DNA from: Balanoglossus misakiensis
Lineage: Eukaryota; Animalia; Hemichordata
Length of the DNA: 64,000 bases
Assembly (NCBI GenBank): GCA_040954595.2
Contig: CM082576.2
Span: forward strand, 14,821,129 to 14,885,128
Reading direction: 5' to 3'
The notes under the pieces were generated by a model. That model ran no database searches, was not told where the DNA came from, and saw nothing but the letters and a program-made list of their open reading frames with translations. Made by a program: the position numbers and the translations under genes. Positions within the stretch are counted from its first letter, which is position 1. Each line of letters starts with the position of its first letter. Below, in pieces: positions 1 to 11,433 of the stretch.

Positions 1-1303
1 ATCAAACGTGCACCATAAACAGGAAGAGAAATCATATCGGTGAAAAATGTTTACTTAGAGGGTAACACAAAATATGAAAATTATAAGGAGGTTGAGATTA
101 CAAGGTCAACTTGGGCTGCCCCTAGTCATGTGACAGGTAAAAAAGAAACACCGGCAAGCAATGTCGAGGTTAAAGGTCAAAGGTCAGGTACTGAATCTGA
201 AAACACCAGCCTCATTCCGTTATTAATTAAGTTCATTCCAAACAATACAGTAAAATGCACGGTACATAACTAATACAGCCCAACACTGACAAAAAATGGG
301 ATTATAGAAACACCCCAATACACACCACATTAAAAACCCTGTGAAGATTCAGTTATAAATCAAAATACTGGCAAGGCCAGAGGAAAAGAGATATAAAATT
401 GAAAGCAGACAAGCAGAGTGAAGTATAATTATGCACCCATGTACACGTTGAAAACACGGGTCTCAAACCAAAATCCAAAAGGAAAACATAAAACTTACTA
501 ATCTACCGGTACGCTGTGATCATACCTTTGGGATGGTTTTATAGTGTCACACATCATTGAATCAAACTTTGTACGAAGAGTGAATGCAGCAGAATTCACT
601 GCATGAAAATGTGTGAGAGCTGATTCAAAGCAAAACAATGCTGGTGTGAGGGTACGACAAAGTATGATGAAAGCATACACATGGCTTGGTGTTAGTTGCA
701 AAGTACGACCTCTCTGACCCTTAATACACCATATTTTAACCCCTTAGGCCCGGAAGTGTGTAATATACATTGAGATGAGCCTCGAGGGTTACCGGTCTTT
801 GAATTGGATGTTGGAAGCATGAAAAACCCAGGCCGTAGAACAGAAGAATCTCTGCATGGTGCAGTGGTGGCATATGTGGGACAAATGGTAGGTATAGGCA
901 AAGAAAAATTTCAATTTTAAGTGATGCAAGCAATATGCCGTAACCCCTGGCAACAACCACAAACTGACAGGCAAACAGAAGTGTTGTGCGTAGAAACCAT
1001 GCAGGGAGAGTTCTGTGCTGATGGTGAAATCATGGACGCAAGAACAGCAACAAAGGAACCACAAGTGCCTTTCATGTTTAAGTTCAGTGAGAGTTTAATT
1101 TTTATTGGTGAACGAAGGATGCCTTAGTAGGTGACGTCAATAAATGTGCTTGAATTAAAATGACGTGATGGTGTACCAGTGTTTATGAGGTGAGGGGGTT
1201 TTAATAATATCATACCACAACAAAAAAATGGCCACGATAATTATATGAATGGTAATATGGTGGGGGAAGGGGTGAAGTTAGACTGATGAGACGGGTGCAG
1301 TAC

Positions 1304-1399
1304 CAGATTTAGTGGAGCTGTTTTGGTTGGAACTGTTGGAGGTTTCATTCGAGATGCAAGCCTTTGGTTGATCTCCAGCATCAGATTGAGAGTCACTGT
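1304..1399 (-). CDS. Candidate PLC-beta X-Y linker exon, 96 nt, phase 1-1
   Basis: U-rich tract then ccacag|AC...TCT G|gtactg. Open in the required phase: (D)SDSQSDAGDQPKACISNETSNSSNQNSSTKS. Low-complexity linker-like composition, no homology support. Confidence 0.55.
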
Positions 1400-3884
1400 C
1401 TGTGGTGATTAAATAACAAACAAACAAACCAATGAGAGGACACAAGTCAAACGGCAACACACAATCCAAGAATTTTCCATTAGTGTTTTTTTTTCTTGTA
1501 AAGGAAAATCCATTAATTCCCCTAGAGCAGTACTTTGGTGACAAAGGACTACAAACACCTATTAATGACCACATGATCTCATATCTGACATTTGCCAGGG
1601 ATATTGAAATAAAAAAAAGCATGTCATTGACTACTTCCACAACACAATGAAAAATAAATACAGTAAAAATAAATATTATGCTAAAAATAAATAGAATGTC
1701 ATAAATAGAATGAGGACAACATTATATTTGCAAACATTGAGCAATATGGTGTAAAGATAAAGTTTTGATGACCATTGGTGACAATAAAGCATTGCACATC
1801 AAGTTTCATAACTGCCATCTTGGTTTTATGATGGTCAATGTGCAGTGGTCTTGGAAGGTTGTTTCAGTTCACTCTTGAGAAAGGTGTACATGAATGCTGT
1901 AACCTATGGAATGCTTTGCACTGCACCTTTTCATGGTACATGTTCTACTCAAAATAAATTGTCTTTTCAGGAAGTCAAGAGTTCAAAAGTACAAGCAGAC
2001 AGAAATTGCATAAACATGAGCAGTGGCAGTATTCGACTTTTTATTCATTTGACCTTTAACCTCTTGACTTCCCAAAAACACATGAGAGAACTTAATGTTT
2101 CAGAAAATTAAAAGTGAATTGATTGAAAAGTAGCAGTACAGGAATTGGTTGGTACTCCTAGCATATTCAGTCAATAGAATACCTCCAATCACCAACAGTT
2201 TCTCTTTCGTTGTTGAAAAACTGTAGGACTATCGATCACTATTGATACCATCTATTCCACAATTATTTGTAGATCTTTTTTGAATTCTTGATTTAGTTGA
2301 AAATAGATGTAAAATCCTCATACCAATACACAGAAATATTTGAGATGTTGATGAAATGAGAGATGTATCAGCCATTGACACAGTTTTAAAATAAGTTTCG
2401 GCCAAAACTAGTCCAATGTATTTCATTTTTATACTAAAGCTCACTTTCTTCTAAAATTACACATAATACGTTATGCAGACTACTCATGGAGACTGAAAGT
2501 GACGACCAATGATCTATGAGTCAGTCAGATTATGATGTTGTATTAAAAGTCAACACAGCATGTTGCTCAGAGTAAAAATGAGCTTCATGTCCTCTTATTC
2601 ATCACACAGCATTATAAATGAAAGGTTAGTGAATGATAATTTGATAATGTTACACCCATTTCTATGTTTTGATACAAAAATGGATAGTGTTTTTGTCTAG
2701 TTTTTGAAATGTTGGCAATCAGAGTGGTGTAAGTGTTTCAGTGTTTTGGTCATTTCAACTCGACTTTGACTGGAATGAAGTGATAACTGACATTAATTAT
2801 TCAAGTTGGTGCAAATATATTTGCAAAAATAAATACTTTAATCTGGTTTGAAAGAGGGTTCAAGCATAAACTCTTTTCAAAGATTTTAGCAATATTTTGT
2901 ATTAAAGTTAAATCAAAGGAGGATTTTACTCAGTTGTATGTCACATTATTGTAAAAGATACAATATATTGGACCAATATAGTCTGGAATGTCTTCCTGAT
3001 CTGAACATCGATCAGTTACCGAACAGTGATTGATTGGATTAAACATGTCAAATAGAGCTTGTAACCAACAACAAACACTCAAATCAATTTATATTCTGAG
3101 GGTTTTATCTCATTTGATGATACACTGCACTGGATTGGTCTGTGTAAAAGCAAAGTCAGTTGTTGAAATTGCAAATGTTTCTCTAAAAGGGAAGATTCTC
3201 GCACAAACACAGCAAAATTATCCAGATCATTTCAGACCAACTTGTTCTGATGGAAAAATCAGATTGTGGGATGAAAACACTTGGTATGAGCATTATGTTA
3301 AAACACACACAACATTTTGATGAAGAGAGAAACAAAAGAAATATGTCTAGTTTTTAAGAGAACTTCAAAAATAAATTGTATACTGTTCAAGCATGCATAG
3401 AGTTTGCTTCCCTAGCAGAGATATAACCATACCAAGAAAAAGGGTAAATTCAGCATTTTGGCACACCAGCTTACACCGAAAGACCTTGTCAATAATGGCA
3501 GAATTAATATTTTTTTAATATTTCAAATATTTTGAAAGGATGAGTTCATAGAGTCTTATACAGCACTTCACAAAATCGAAAAATCTCAGATGCATATAAT
3601 TTTTGTATAAAGTGTTTGGATGCATCTATTTTTGTATAAAGTATTGATGAAATAAATATTTTCTGAATTTTTTGTAACAAGTTTTGCTAGAACAATGATT
3701 CATTAGATTTGGTACGGTCATTTTATTGTGAAGAAGTGCATTATGGGAAGTCAAACTGTGTCTTAGACATTCCCACATAACAAAGAAATGACACAGTTTT
3801 TGGCGTTTTGTGAGAGAAAATTGGCAGAAACTAGCATGTCCATGGAAGAGAGAACCGTTTTGCAATTTGAAAGTTTAATGTCAC

Positions 3885-3908
3885 CAAAAGACTGAGCTAG
3901 GGGCTGCC
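3885..3908 (-). CDS. Candidate X-Y linker microexon, 24 nt (or 12 nt from the inner TAG), phase 1-1
   Basis: Long U-rich tract (3911-4010), cacaag|GGCAGCCCCTAGCTCAGTCTTTTG|gtgaca, giving (G)QPLAQSF. TACTAAC at 4086-4092 upstream. Both splice sites are suboptimal. Confidence 0.35.
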
Positions 3909-4435
3909 CTTGTGACAGAAAACAAAAAAAAATTCACACAGAAAAAAAAATCTGAAAAAAATAAATAAGAAGAAACAGAAGAGAGAACACCTTGGAACAA
4001 ACAAACAGCAGATCACACATCGTGTTGTAAAAAGAGTTAGTTGGCAGATCCAAGCCATGCAGAGATCACCGTCAGAGGTGGGGAGGTTAGTAAGTTTTTT
4101 TGTTATGCAGCAGAAGAGAGAAAGTATATACAGATCAACCCTGGTTGCAAGATGCACACAAATCGAGCGTTTTCACTGTCATCAATTATTGCTGTGAGCT
4201 TTTGGTCTACACACCTATAGATCTAACCTTTGAACTCAGCATGTGCCACTTTAACGTGTAACCCTACTGACTGCGGTGGTTTCTCCCAGAAACTGTCTTT
4301 GATACACATTCAAATGTGATTCAAATGTTTTAATTTTGGTTTCATTATAACAGTACTACACACACATGTTGAAATTTTGGCCAAAGTTTTGACCGATATG
4401 AATGTTGGTAACTGTGAATGTCTGGATGCCTTTAC

Positions 4436-4516
4436 CTGATTCTTCTCCTTCCACATCATCGGGATCATTCACGTCAACCACCAACTGTCCAACTTGCTTC
4501 AGTAACTCTAATTGTC
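4436..4516 (-). CDS. PLCB4: PLC-beta exon, acidic start of X-Y linker, 81 nt, phase 1-1
   Basis: tgacag|GA...TCA G|gtaaag. Translates (R)QLELLKQVGQLVVDVNDPDDVEGEES. Phase matches the previous exon, and QLE followed by an acidic tract is as expected for the PLCB4/NorpA linker. Confidence 0.88.
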
Positions 4517-4919
4517 CTGTCAACATCAAATAAAACGGTGAAATCTTCAGGAAATGAATGAATGAAAGCAAGTGCTATTGGATGGATGGGGAAAGACATG
4601 AATATCAAAACCAAAGTGATTGACTGGTAAATTGTTGATTCATCTTCAATGTCAAATTATCAGTGCATGAATCCGTCGACAGATTACACATAGGAAGAGA
4701 ATGATAGACAGAACAATACGACAGGAAGAAAGATACTGTAATAGAAAATGACAGGTTGATGAGGCATCAGATCCACTATAAATGGAAAATGACAGTGACA
4801 ATTTTGTGACAGATCCACAGAAAACGAACAGAGTGACAACAGAGACGATGATGTAGAGAAAGAGAAATGAGATATGAAAGCACAAAGAATGGGAGGAAAA
4901 ATAAAGGGACTAAACATAC

Positions 4920-5010
4920 TTCTCTCTACTTCTGGTTTGAGCCTTTTGTTCTTGATTAGAATCTTTTTCAACAACCTGTTTGGAGATGGCAGTGGCTGAC
5001 TTGGTACAAG
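4920..5010 (-). CDS. PLCB4: PLC-beta exon, end of X box, 91 nt, phase 0-1
   Basis: ttatag|CTT...AGA A|gtatgt. Translates LVPSQPLPSPNRLLKKILIKNKRLKPEVER, containing the KILIKNKRLKPEVE signature. Confidence 0.97.
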
Positions 5011-5120
5011 CTATAAAAAAAAATGAAAATATTGATTATAAACCTCGCTGTATTTTATACTAAACTTCAGTTCTATTTAATACCTGAAACTCCAAATTAA
5101 TACTTACACCTACCTAGTTG

Positions 5121-5217
5121 TTGTGTTGTATTGTATTGTATTGTATTGCATTGTATTGTACAGTACAGTATTGTATTGTATTGTATTGTCTTGTCTTGTA
5201 TTGTACAGTATTGTATT
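5121..5217. repeat. (TTGTA)n pentanucleotide microsatellite
   Basis: Read directly, about 19 imperfect units. Confidence 0.95.
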
Positions 5218-5354
5218 AAAGGAATGTTTGCGTATTGTGTGTTATTAACCTGGTTAGACTAGATACACTCATATACATAACATTCTTTACTACATACATC
5301 ACATGATCAAAATATTGAACTGTTTAAGAACTGATGTGGGTGGAAGCCACTCAC

Positions 5355-5519
5355 CGGGAATTCTTCCAACGGTTCCTTCAGAATGAAGTCTCCGAGGATG
5401 TCCTCACAGTACTTAGCAAGTTTGTATTGCTGTGCTTTGCTGCAATGATTCTCAAAACTCAGAATGACCGGATATTCCGAGACCACAAACGCAGTATCCC
5501 TGATGGCCGTGATTACATC
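5355..5519 (-). CDS. PLCB4: PLC-beta exon, catalytic X box, 165 nt, phase 0-0
   Basis: ttgcag|GAT...CCG|gtgagt. Translates [55 protein letters not shown]. Confidence 0.98.
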
Positions 5520-6197
5520 CTGCAATGGAAGCCCAAAGCAATGCGTAATCATCCATATTTTGTCAGTAGTGTTTATATAATAATAACATCACTATACAGA
5601 GAAGTATCAGAATAACATTGGTTTATCTGATTATTAAGGGGGTGGAAACTTGAGACATCTTGAAATGTCTGCTGGGACACAAGATGCCACTGCATCGGTG
5701 TTATCTTCAAATCATCAATTTTACATCAACATTGTAACATAGACAGGTTGACATTTTCAGCAGCCATGTTGAATGCAACTTAGCTGGAAGCAACAAATAC
5801 ACCGACTGACTGATATGGAATATCTTTCTTCGAAGTTGAGATATACAACTCATCGGGGCAATCTATGAATACACCCATGTGAACAGTAATGACAGAAAAT
5901 TTCATCTGACTATTAGTTTAACTTTTCCCCTCGGTTTTATGTGATATTTCATTCTTGTAATACTACCCAATATCCCTATTATATGTCTATATTTGAAACA
6001 CAAGTAGTATCTACGCCCTCTGAGTGTTATATTCAGAAAATTATACGTAAAGGGAGTAAATTTTGTTCTTGTCTTTCACAGCAAGGAAACATGTGTTCAA
6101 ATGTGTCCGTATTATTTTCCTTGAGGATTGTAAGCTTAGAGCTGAGAAGCTACGATTCTACAAACAGACACCCATGAATTCAAAACTAAATTACTCA

Positions 6198-6338
<141 letters not shown>

Positions 6339-6894
6339 CTATGAATAGTAACAGTATCACTCTCCTGGCATGTGGATTATCGTGTTGTGTCTACATACTT
6401 AAGTGCGATCGAAATCCACGATAGATATGGGTGAATTTTACCAATTGGGGATATATTACAGCTCTGATAGGTGTCCATCTTGGCTATTTGGCCTTCAACT
6501 GGGCATTTTCATACATTATAGAGTAGAACAAGCAGCTGCCATAATGATTGACTTATAGCAAAAGAGAGAATAAAATAGCAAAAAATTACAGAGAATGTTC
6601 CTTAATACGAGATAATGTTCGACAGGTATCACTAGATTTGGTTTCTGAATGCAAATTTAAAAAAAACAACCACTGGCCATTTTCATAACCTCTGCATGAC
6701 CCACTACATCTTCGTATTTCAATTTCTATTTCAGTTCGTACCAAGATGTAAGATCACAACGGAGTCATGAAAATGTCGAACGCTCCATGCAAATCTCTGA
6801 GAGCAGATTTGTGTCTTCCACCTCTAGAAAAACACCTGATGCCCAATGAAGGCAGAAGGATGTATGTGTACCCTACATCAATACACCCTTTTCG

Positions 6895-7041
6895 TAAATC
6901 CAGCGACCTCACGCAGCCATCATGAATTTGAACTCAAAGCGAGATCAATGGGGAAAGTTGACCAATCACATCAAGGGGATTTCCCAATTGGCCTTGCTTT
7001 GAGTTCAAATTCACAATGGCTGCACGAGGGCGCTAGACTTA
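6895..7041. mobile_element. Older foldback element with about 62-bp imperfect arms
   Basis: GCAGCCAT..TGAATTTGAACTCAAAGC is mirrored by GCTTTGAGTTCAAATTCA..ATGGCTGC. Mismatches are mostly transitions. No clear TSD. Confidence 0.7.
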
Positions 7042-7099
7042 GCATACACGTCTGAACACAGACGAAAACATTGAGTGAACAATGCCAGTCCTGTTTTAA

Positions 7100-7184
7100 C
7101 CCTTTCACCCCCAGTTCTCGCTTTAGTGGCCCAACCTTACCGTAGAAAACAATGGGTTTGGACTGAACCATGGTGGTGAAAGGG
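7100..7184. mobile_element. Tiny piggyBac-like MITE, 85 bp, copy 1
   Basis: TTAA|CCCTTTCACC ... GGTGAAAGGG|TTAA with CCC termini. Related copy at 32165-32249. Confidence 0.85.
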
Positions 7185-7204
7185 TTAACCCCATAGTCTC
7201 TTAC

Positions 7205-7415
7205 CTGCAACCTGCCAAGAGCACTTGTCTGTACATTTCAACCGATGACTTCCCACCAAACTGTCTTCCTGTTAGGTACGTGTTATGCGACGAATTAATG
7301 TAGTAATGCGACAGCGGCTGGTCCATATCCATGTACAACTCAAGTCGGTCAAGAAATACTGGCGCGTTTTCATCTCCCATCAGATATCTACATAATCCGT
7401 CCACTGATAATTGCT
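7205..7415 (-). CDS. PLCB4: PLC-beta exon, start of catalytic X box, 211 nt, phase 1-2
   Basis: aatcag|AG...AG|gtaaga. Translates (E)[69 protein letters not shown](R), with the first catalytic His in SSHNTY. Confidence 0.98.
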
Positions 7416-7455
7416 CTGATTAAAGCAAAACAAAAAGTGATAAAGATTTGAATTA

Positions 7456-7623
7456 CAGTAAAACCTGTAAACCGAACACCAAAGGGACTGAAGAAAATGT
7501 TCGGTTTGCAGAGACTCCAGTTCTTTTAACATGTGGGTCTATGTCAATGGGACAGGAAAATGTGTTCTGTATACTAGACAGGTTTCCTGATTAGACAAGG
7601 TTCGTTTTAAACAGGTTCTACTG
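7456..7623. mobile_element. TA-flanked Tc1/mariner (pogo/Tigger-like) MITE
   Basis: TA|CAGTAAAACCTGT ... ACAGGTTCTACTG|TA. Related ends at about 31624 (CAGTCAAACTTGTC) and about 46547 (CAGTAAAACCTGTC). Confidence 0.75.
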
Positions 7624-8300
7624 TATTGAGAATCCAACATGTTTTGCAAATATACAAAGTATGAAGATGATTATTTATTGCCTTGAATGTACTGGGTATG
7701 TCTAAGCAATGGCTTGAGTTTGACTAGTCAGTACCATGTGACTGTTTTTGGCTCCCATTTGGTTCCATTCCAACACAGTGATAGTTTTTTAAAACTTATT
7801 TACTATATACTACATTTTTTAAACAGACAAATTTTATATTGTTCAAATTTGAATAAAAACCACTTTAATCTGTTGGCACAAAGCCAAAACTATATCCCTG
7901 TACAAGACTGTACCACAAAAGAACTTCATAAAAATCCTGGGAACATTTGAACTACATCAATTATGAGCATAGTCGGTTACATTTTTTATGTTTAAACCAT
8001 ATTTTCTTTTCTTGCATTTTCATACATGCAGATATTTGTCATGCACAGGACCAGGGGTTATAAACATAAAGAAACGAGCTTTGTTGGGTTCATCTTCAGA
8101 TTTGTTGAAAAGTTTCTCCAATGATTCACAGAACAACAGCCACATGTTGGGATGGACTTTTTACTGTTTTTATATTATGCAAGTGGTTTACCATAGACAC
8201 TAAATTGTTAGCACTGGTATGCAGTCCTGAAAAACAACAACACATCTATGCATTCAAGTTTTCCATTTACAGTGAAATCCAATTAAAGCCATCAATTCAC

Positions 8301-8467
8301 CTTTATTTAGGAAGTCTTCATCCTTTTCATATGTGTTGATAATTTGTAGAACCCGAGCTCGGTCAAAGAATGGGAACAGAATTTCATTTAACCTGGGATC
8401 ACGCTGTTTTTCATTGAGAAAATTGATCATCTGTTCCACGGTCACACCCTCTGTTCTTCCTTGTGTG
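8301..8467 (-). CDS. PLCB4: PLC-beta exon, EF-hand region, 167 nt, phase 2-1
   Basis: catcag|C ACA...AAA G|gtgaat. Translates TQGRTEGVTVEQMINFLNEKQRDPRLNEILFPFFDRARVLQIINTYEKDEDFLNK, containing the QRDPRLNEIL signature. Confidence 0.97.
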
Positions 8468-8775
8468 CTGATGGAGGGAAAAAAACAACAGAATGTGTCA
8501 GAATGAGTTGGAGTTTGAATTCTTGTATCGTAGTTACAGTCACCACAAAACTTGCACACATGTAGGCAAGATTTTTAGAGTATTATAACAATACTTTCTT
8601 TAGTAGTTTTACATCTGCAGTCAAGATTTTTAATTTTTTCCCCCTGTATAACAAAGAGTTCATTTAACTAGTAAGAAAATTATGGGGTTTAAAAGATGAA
8701 ATCTCAACAAAAGAAACACAATTTTATATACTCCTGAGGGATAAGGAAAATATTCAGAAATTATAATCCACTTAC

Positions 8776-8876
8776 ATGTCTTTGTGAAGATCTTCCAATT
8801 CTGTTCTCGGGCAAATCTTGTGGTACAATTCATAAAACTTTTCAAACGAGAATTCAGTTGGATCAATCTCATCATT
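8776..8876 (-). CDS. PLCB4: PLC-beta exon, EF-hand region, 101 nt, phase 0-2
   Basis: ttgtag|AAT...AT|gtaagt. Translates [33 protein letters not shown](I). Confidence 0.96.
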
Positions 8877-9842
8877 CTACAAAGGGGTAGACAGAAATCT
8901 TGGGTTAACGTTACAGTCTCTTATCAGCCCAGGCTGGCTGGCTGGATGGATGGATGGATGCTCATGTTGTTGTTTTTGAGGAAAGCAATGCACTCCTGCA
9001 CAACTGGTTTCCATCAAGGGTATCATAAGTGAGCACAGACAATTACCAAATGTCAGACAATCTTTATATGTACGCCAAGAAAGAAATACCGACAAAGTTT
9101 ATTATTGAGGCCTTGATTGTTGCAAACCAATCGATCGTTACACAGAGTGGTTTCATCTTACAGAAACGTCTGTGTGCGTCGGTCTTTTCATAATGTTTTC
9201 ATTATTTCTGGTTGAACTGAGTATTTGCAGGCTATGCTTTGTATACACAAAGAGAGTTGCTGATATTGCACATATATACCAGTCAGTATATCTAATATAC
9301 CTTTCGTAAACTATTCAGCTGGGGTGAATGCCCCTGGGTGAATGGCGAGAGAAATGTTTGATTTAAATCAAACATTCTTTAAATATTCTTTAAATATGCT
9401 CATATGTGGACGAAAGGGCATTTCTAAGTCTTTGAATGACCACTTTAAGGACACACTTTTCTCCCATTGGCACTTACAGTATTATAATCTGTGATTGGCT
9501 CGATCTACAGTTGCCATGGCAAATGTCTCTAAAATTGAATAGGTGACTGTGTACTTTTAACTTAATTTCTTTTATTGTTGGGTGAACTTTAATGCTTCTA
9601 ATCCTAAACAATTTGAATAAATCGGTAAGTTCCTCAATTTGTGTTGGGTTTGTTTCACGTAAGATGGTAAGATTGGCATATCCAGTATGTCTTGAAATAT
9701 GCATCGCAAAAGAAATCATTGGCGGGTGACTATGAACGAAATCTGCACTGGCATTCAGGGAGGCTTTTTGAGACCGTTGTCTGCCTGATGGGAAGATGCA
9801 TTCTGTTGGGGATTATCTCCTGATAGTATATTGTAATATTAA

Positions 9843-10575
9843 GGTGGCATTGCATGAAAACTTGTGATTTTTGCCAAATTTTACTTTTTTACATAAATCG
9901 GTAGGCCTAATACTGACCCACATCCTGACTAATACGTCTTGGCGGAAATGGTGCATAATCACCCCAAAATAGCACTTTTCTGAATGAGTTCACAGCTTAA
10001 CAAATAGTTGTCAACAATGCAAATGCCGTTTTTCTCAGTTTGCATTTTTGCTGCTCTTGACAACTTCAGACGAAAATAGCTTCGCTCTGCGTTGGCCGAA
10101 TTTGCTCAAATTTTAACTGGGGATTGTGTATGACCCATCCAACAAAACGGTATTTTTGTTAGTCGATAAAGTGTCCCTGGCGGGAATAAACTCTGATTCA
10201 ATACAACTCACTGTGAATTTGATCAAATTTTACTAAAAATCTAACTTTCAAACGCTGTTACTCCTCAATGGAAGCAGATAACGCAAAACAAAATTACCGT
10301 TTTTTTGCACGTGTACTCTAGTTTCGAATGACATATTAAGATGTATGATGCATGGTCAACTTTTTTACCTTATTTAAATTTAATGACATAATATCACAAA
10401 ATGTTTTTTTTCACCCAAAATCGCCACCATTTCCGGGGATCAATAATATTTGCAACTAAAACAAAAGTTCAAAAACTCAGCTTCCAGAATATATACGGTT
10501 TATGGGGGTTTTAACGATATCTTTGATGAGAAATAGGCCTCTGAAAAAGCCTCGACGGTTTCATGCAATGCCACC
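9843..10575. mobile_element. Non-autonomous DNA transposon, Kolobok-like, 733 bp, copy 1
   Basis: TTAA on both sides (9839-9842, 10576-10579). TIR GGTGGCATTGCATGAAA / TTTCATGCAATGCCACC. A near-identical copy is at 14228-14960. GG rather than CC termini favour Kolobok over piggyBac. Confidence 0.88.
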
Positions 10576-10689
10576 TTAAAGTGGTTGCTTCATTTCCACA
10601 GAACAGTACTTAGAGAACTGACAATACTCAAATAAATCATGATCAGTAGTGAAGACACTTTGTCCACTGGTAGCCATTAGAAAGGAACT

Positions 10690-11150
10690 GCTATCTATTA
10701 TTCATATGCAATTTTAGGTAAAGGCCATTTCCGTGGGCCACACCAGTGATCCCACTGTGAACAGCTGATGAATTTATCAGCTTGTGGCATGCACAGCGCC
10801 ACCATGAGATTATTCATGGAGAGGAATATCTAATTTGAGTCGAGTATCTTCCACAAGATCCTGATATCACATTGGCAAAAACTGTAGGTGACTGAAGTTG
10901 AATACGATGCCATATGTAATTCAAGAAATATCCATAGAGGTAATTCTGAAAATCATTTCAAGTCTTATTGAGAATTGCCTCAAGATTCTATTCTTCACTG
11001 ATCATGTTCAAATTTTCACCATGGTCACAACCACCATTTACATTTACCAGATACTGTATACAATTATAATCAGATTTTCCTCCACCAATGGTGGTATCCC
11101 CCCCCCCCCCACACCACATCAGTGGAGCAACTGCGGTGAGGATTATTCTG
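10690..11150 (+). pseudogene. Possible heavily decayed CR1/L2-type LINE 3' remnant
   Basis: Fragments RPFPWATPV, AQR, WQKL and QWSN occur in the order of RP.LEYA.PVW, VQR, W..L and WN.LP, with stops and frameshifts. Confidence 0.25.
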
Positions 11151-11297
11151 ATAAGGGTGATAAATGGTCAGTGACACTACAGTGGAAGTATTTAATTTGA
11201 ATAATATCCAAAACAAGAACCGGAACTAAGAAATTTGCATCCAAAATAATAATTTTGGATGCAAAAACCAATGTGACCACAAAGTCACAATTGTTAC

Positions 11298-11433
11298 CTT
11301 TCCACTGGGCAGACTTATTTCTTCGAGGCATTTAAAGATCATCTTTTCCGTTTTGCCCGAAGCAAAAGTCCTGGTGAGATTACGAACTGGAATGTTACCA
11401 CTTGGATTCACTTGAAAGCTGATGCGCATCCAA
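11298..11433 (-). CDS. PLCB4: PLC-beta exon, first EF-hand region, 136 nt, phase 2-0
   Basis: ttgcag|T TGG...AAG|gtaaca. Translates [45 protein letters not shown], containing the TFASGKTEK signature. Confidence 0.96.

Noticed and set aside
100-1100. Several good minus-strand acceptors (about 197, 368, 599, 852) and donors (about 497, 524, 791) suggesting more linker exons
   Set aside because: The natural pairings give 59, 73 or 100 nt or hit immediate stops. The only frame-preserving option (57 nt, DSSVLRPGFFMLPTSNSKT) needs a rare GAG acceptor. Not callable without transcripts.
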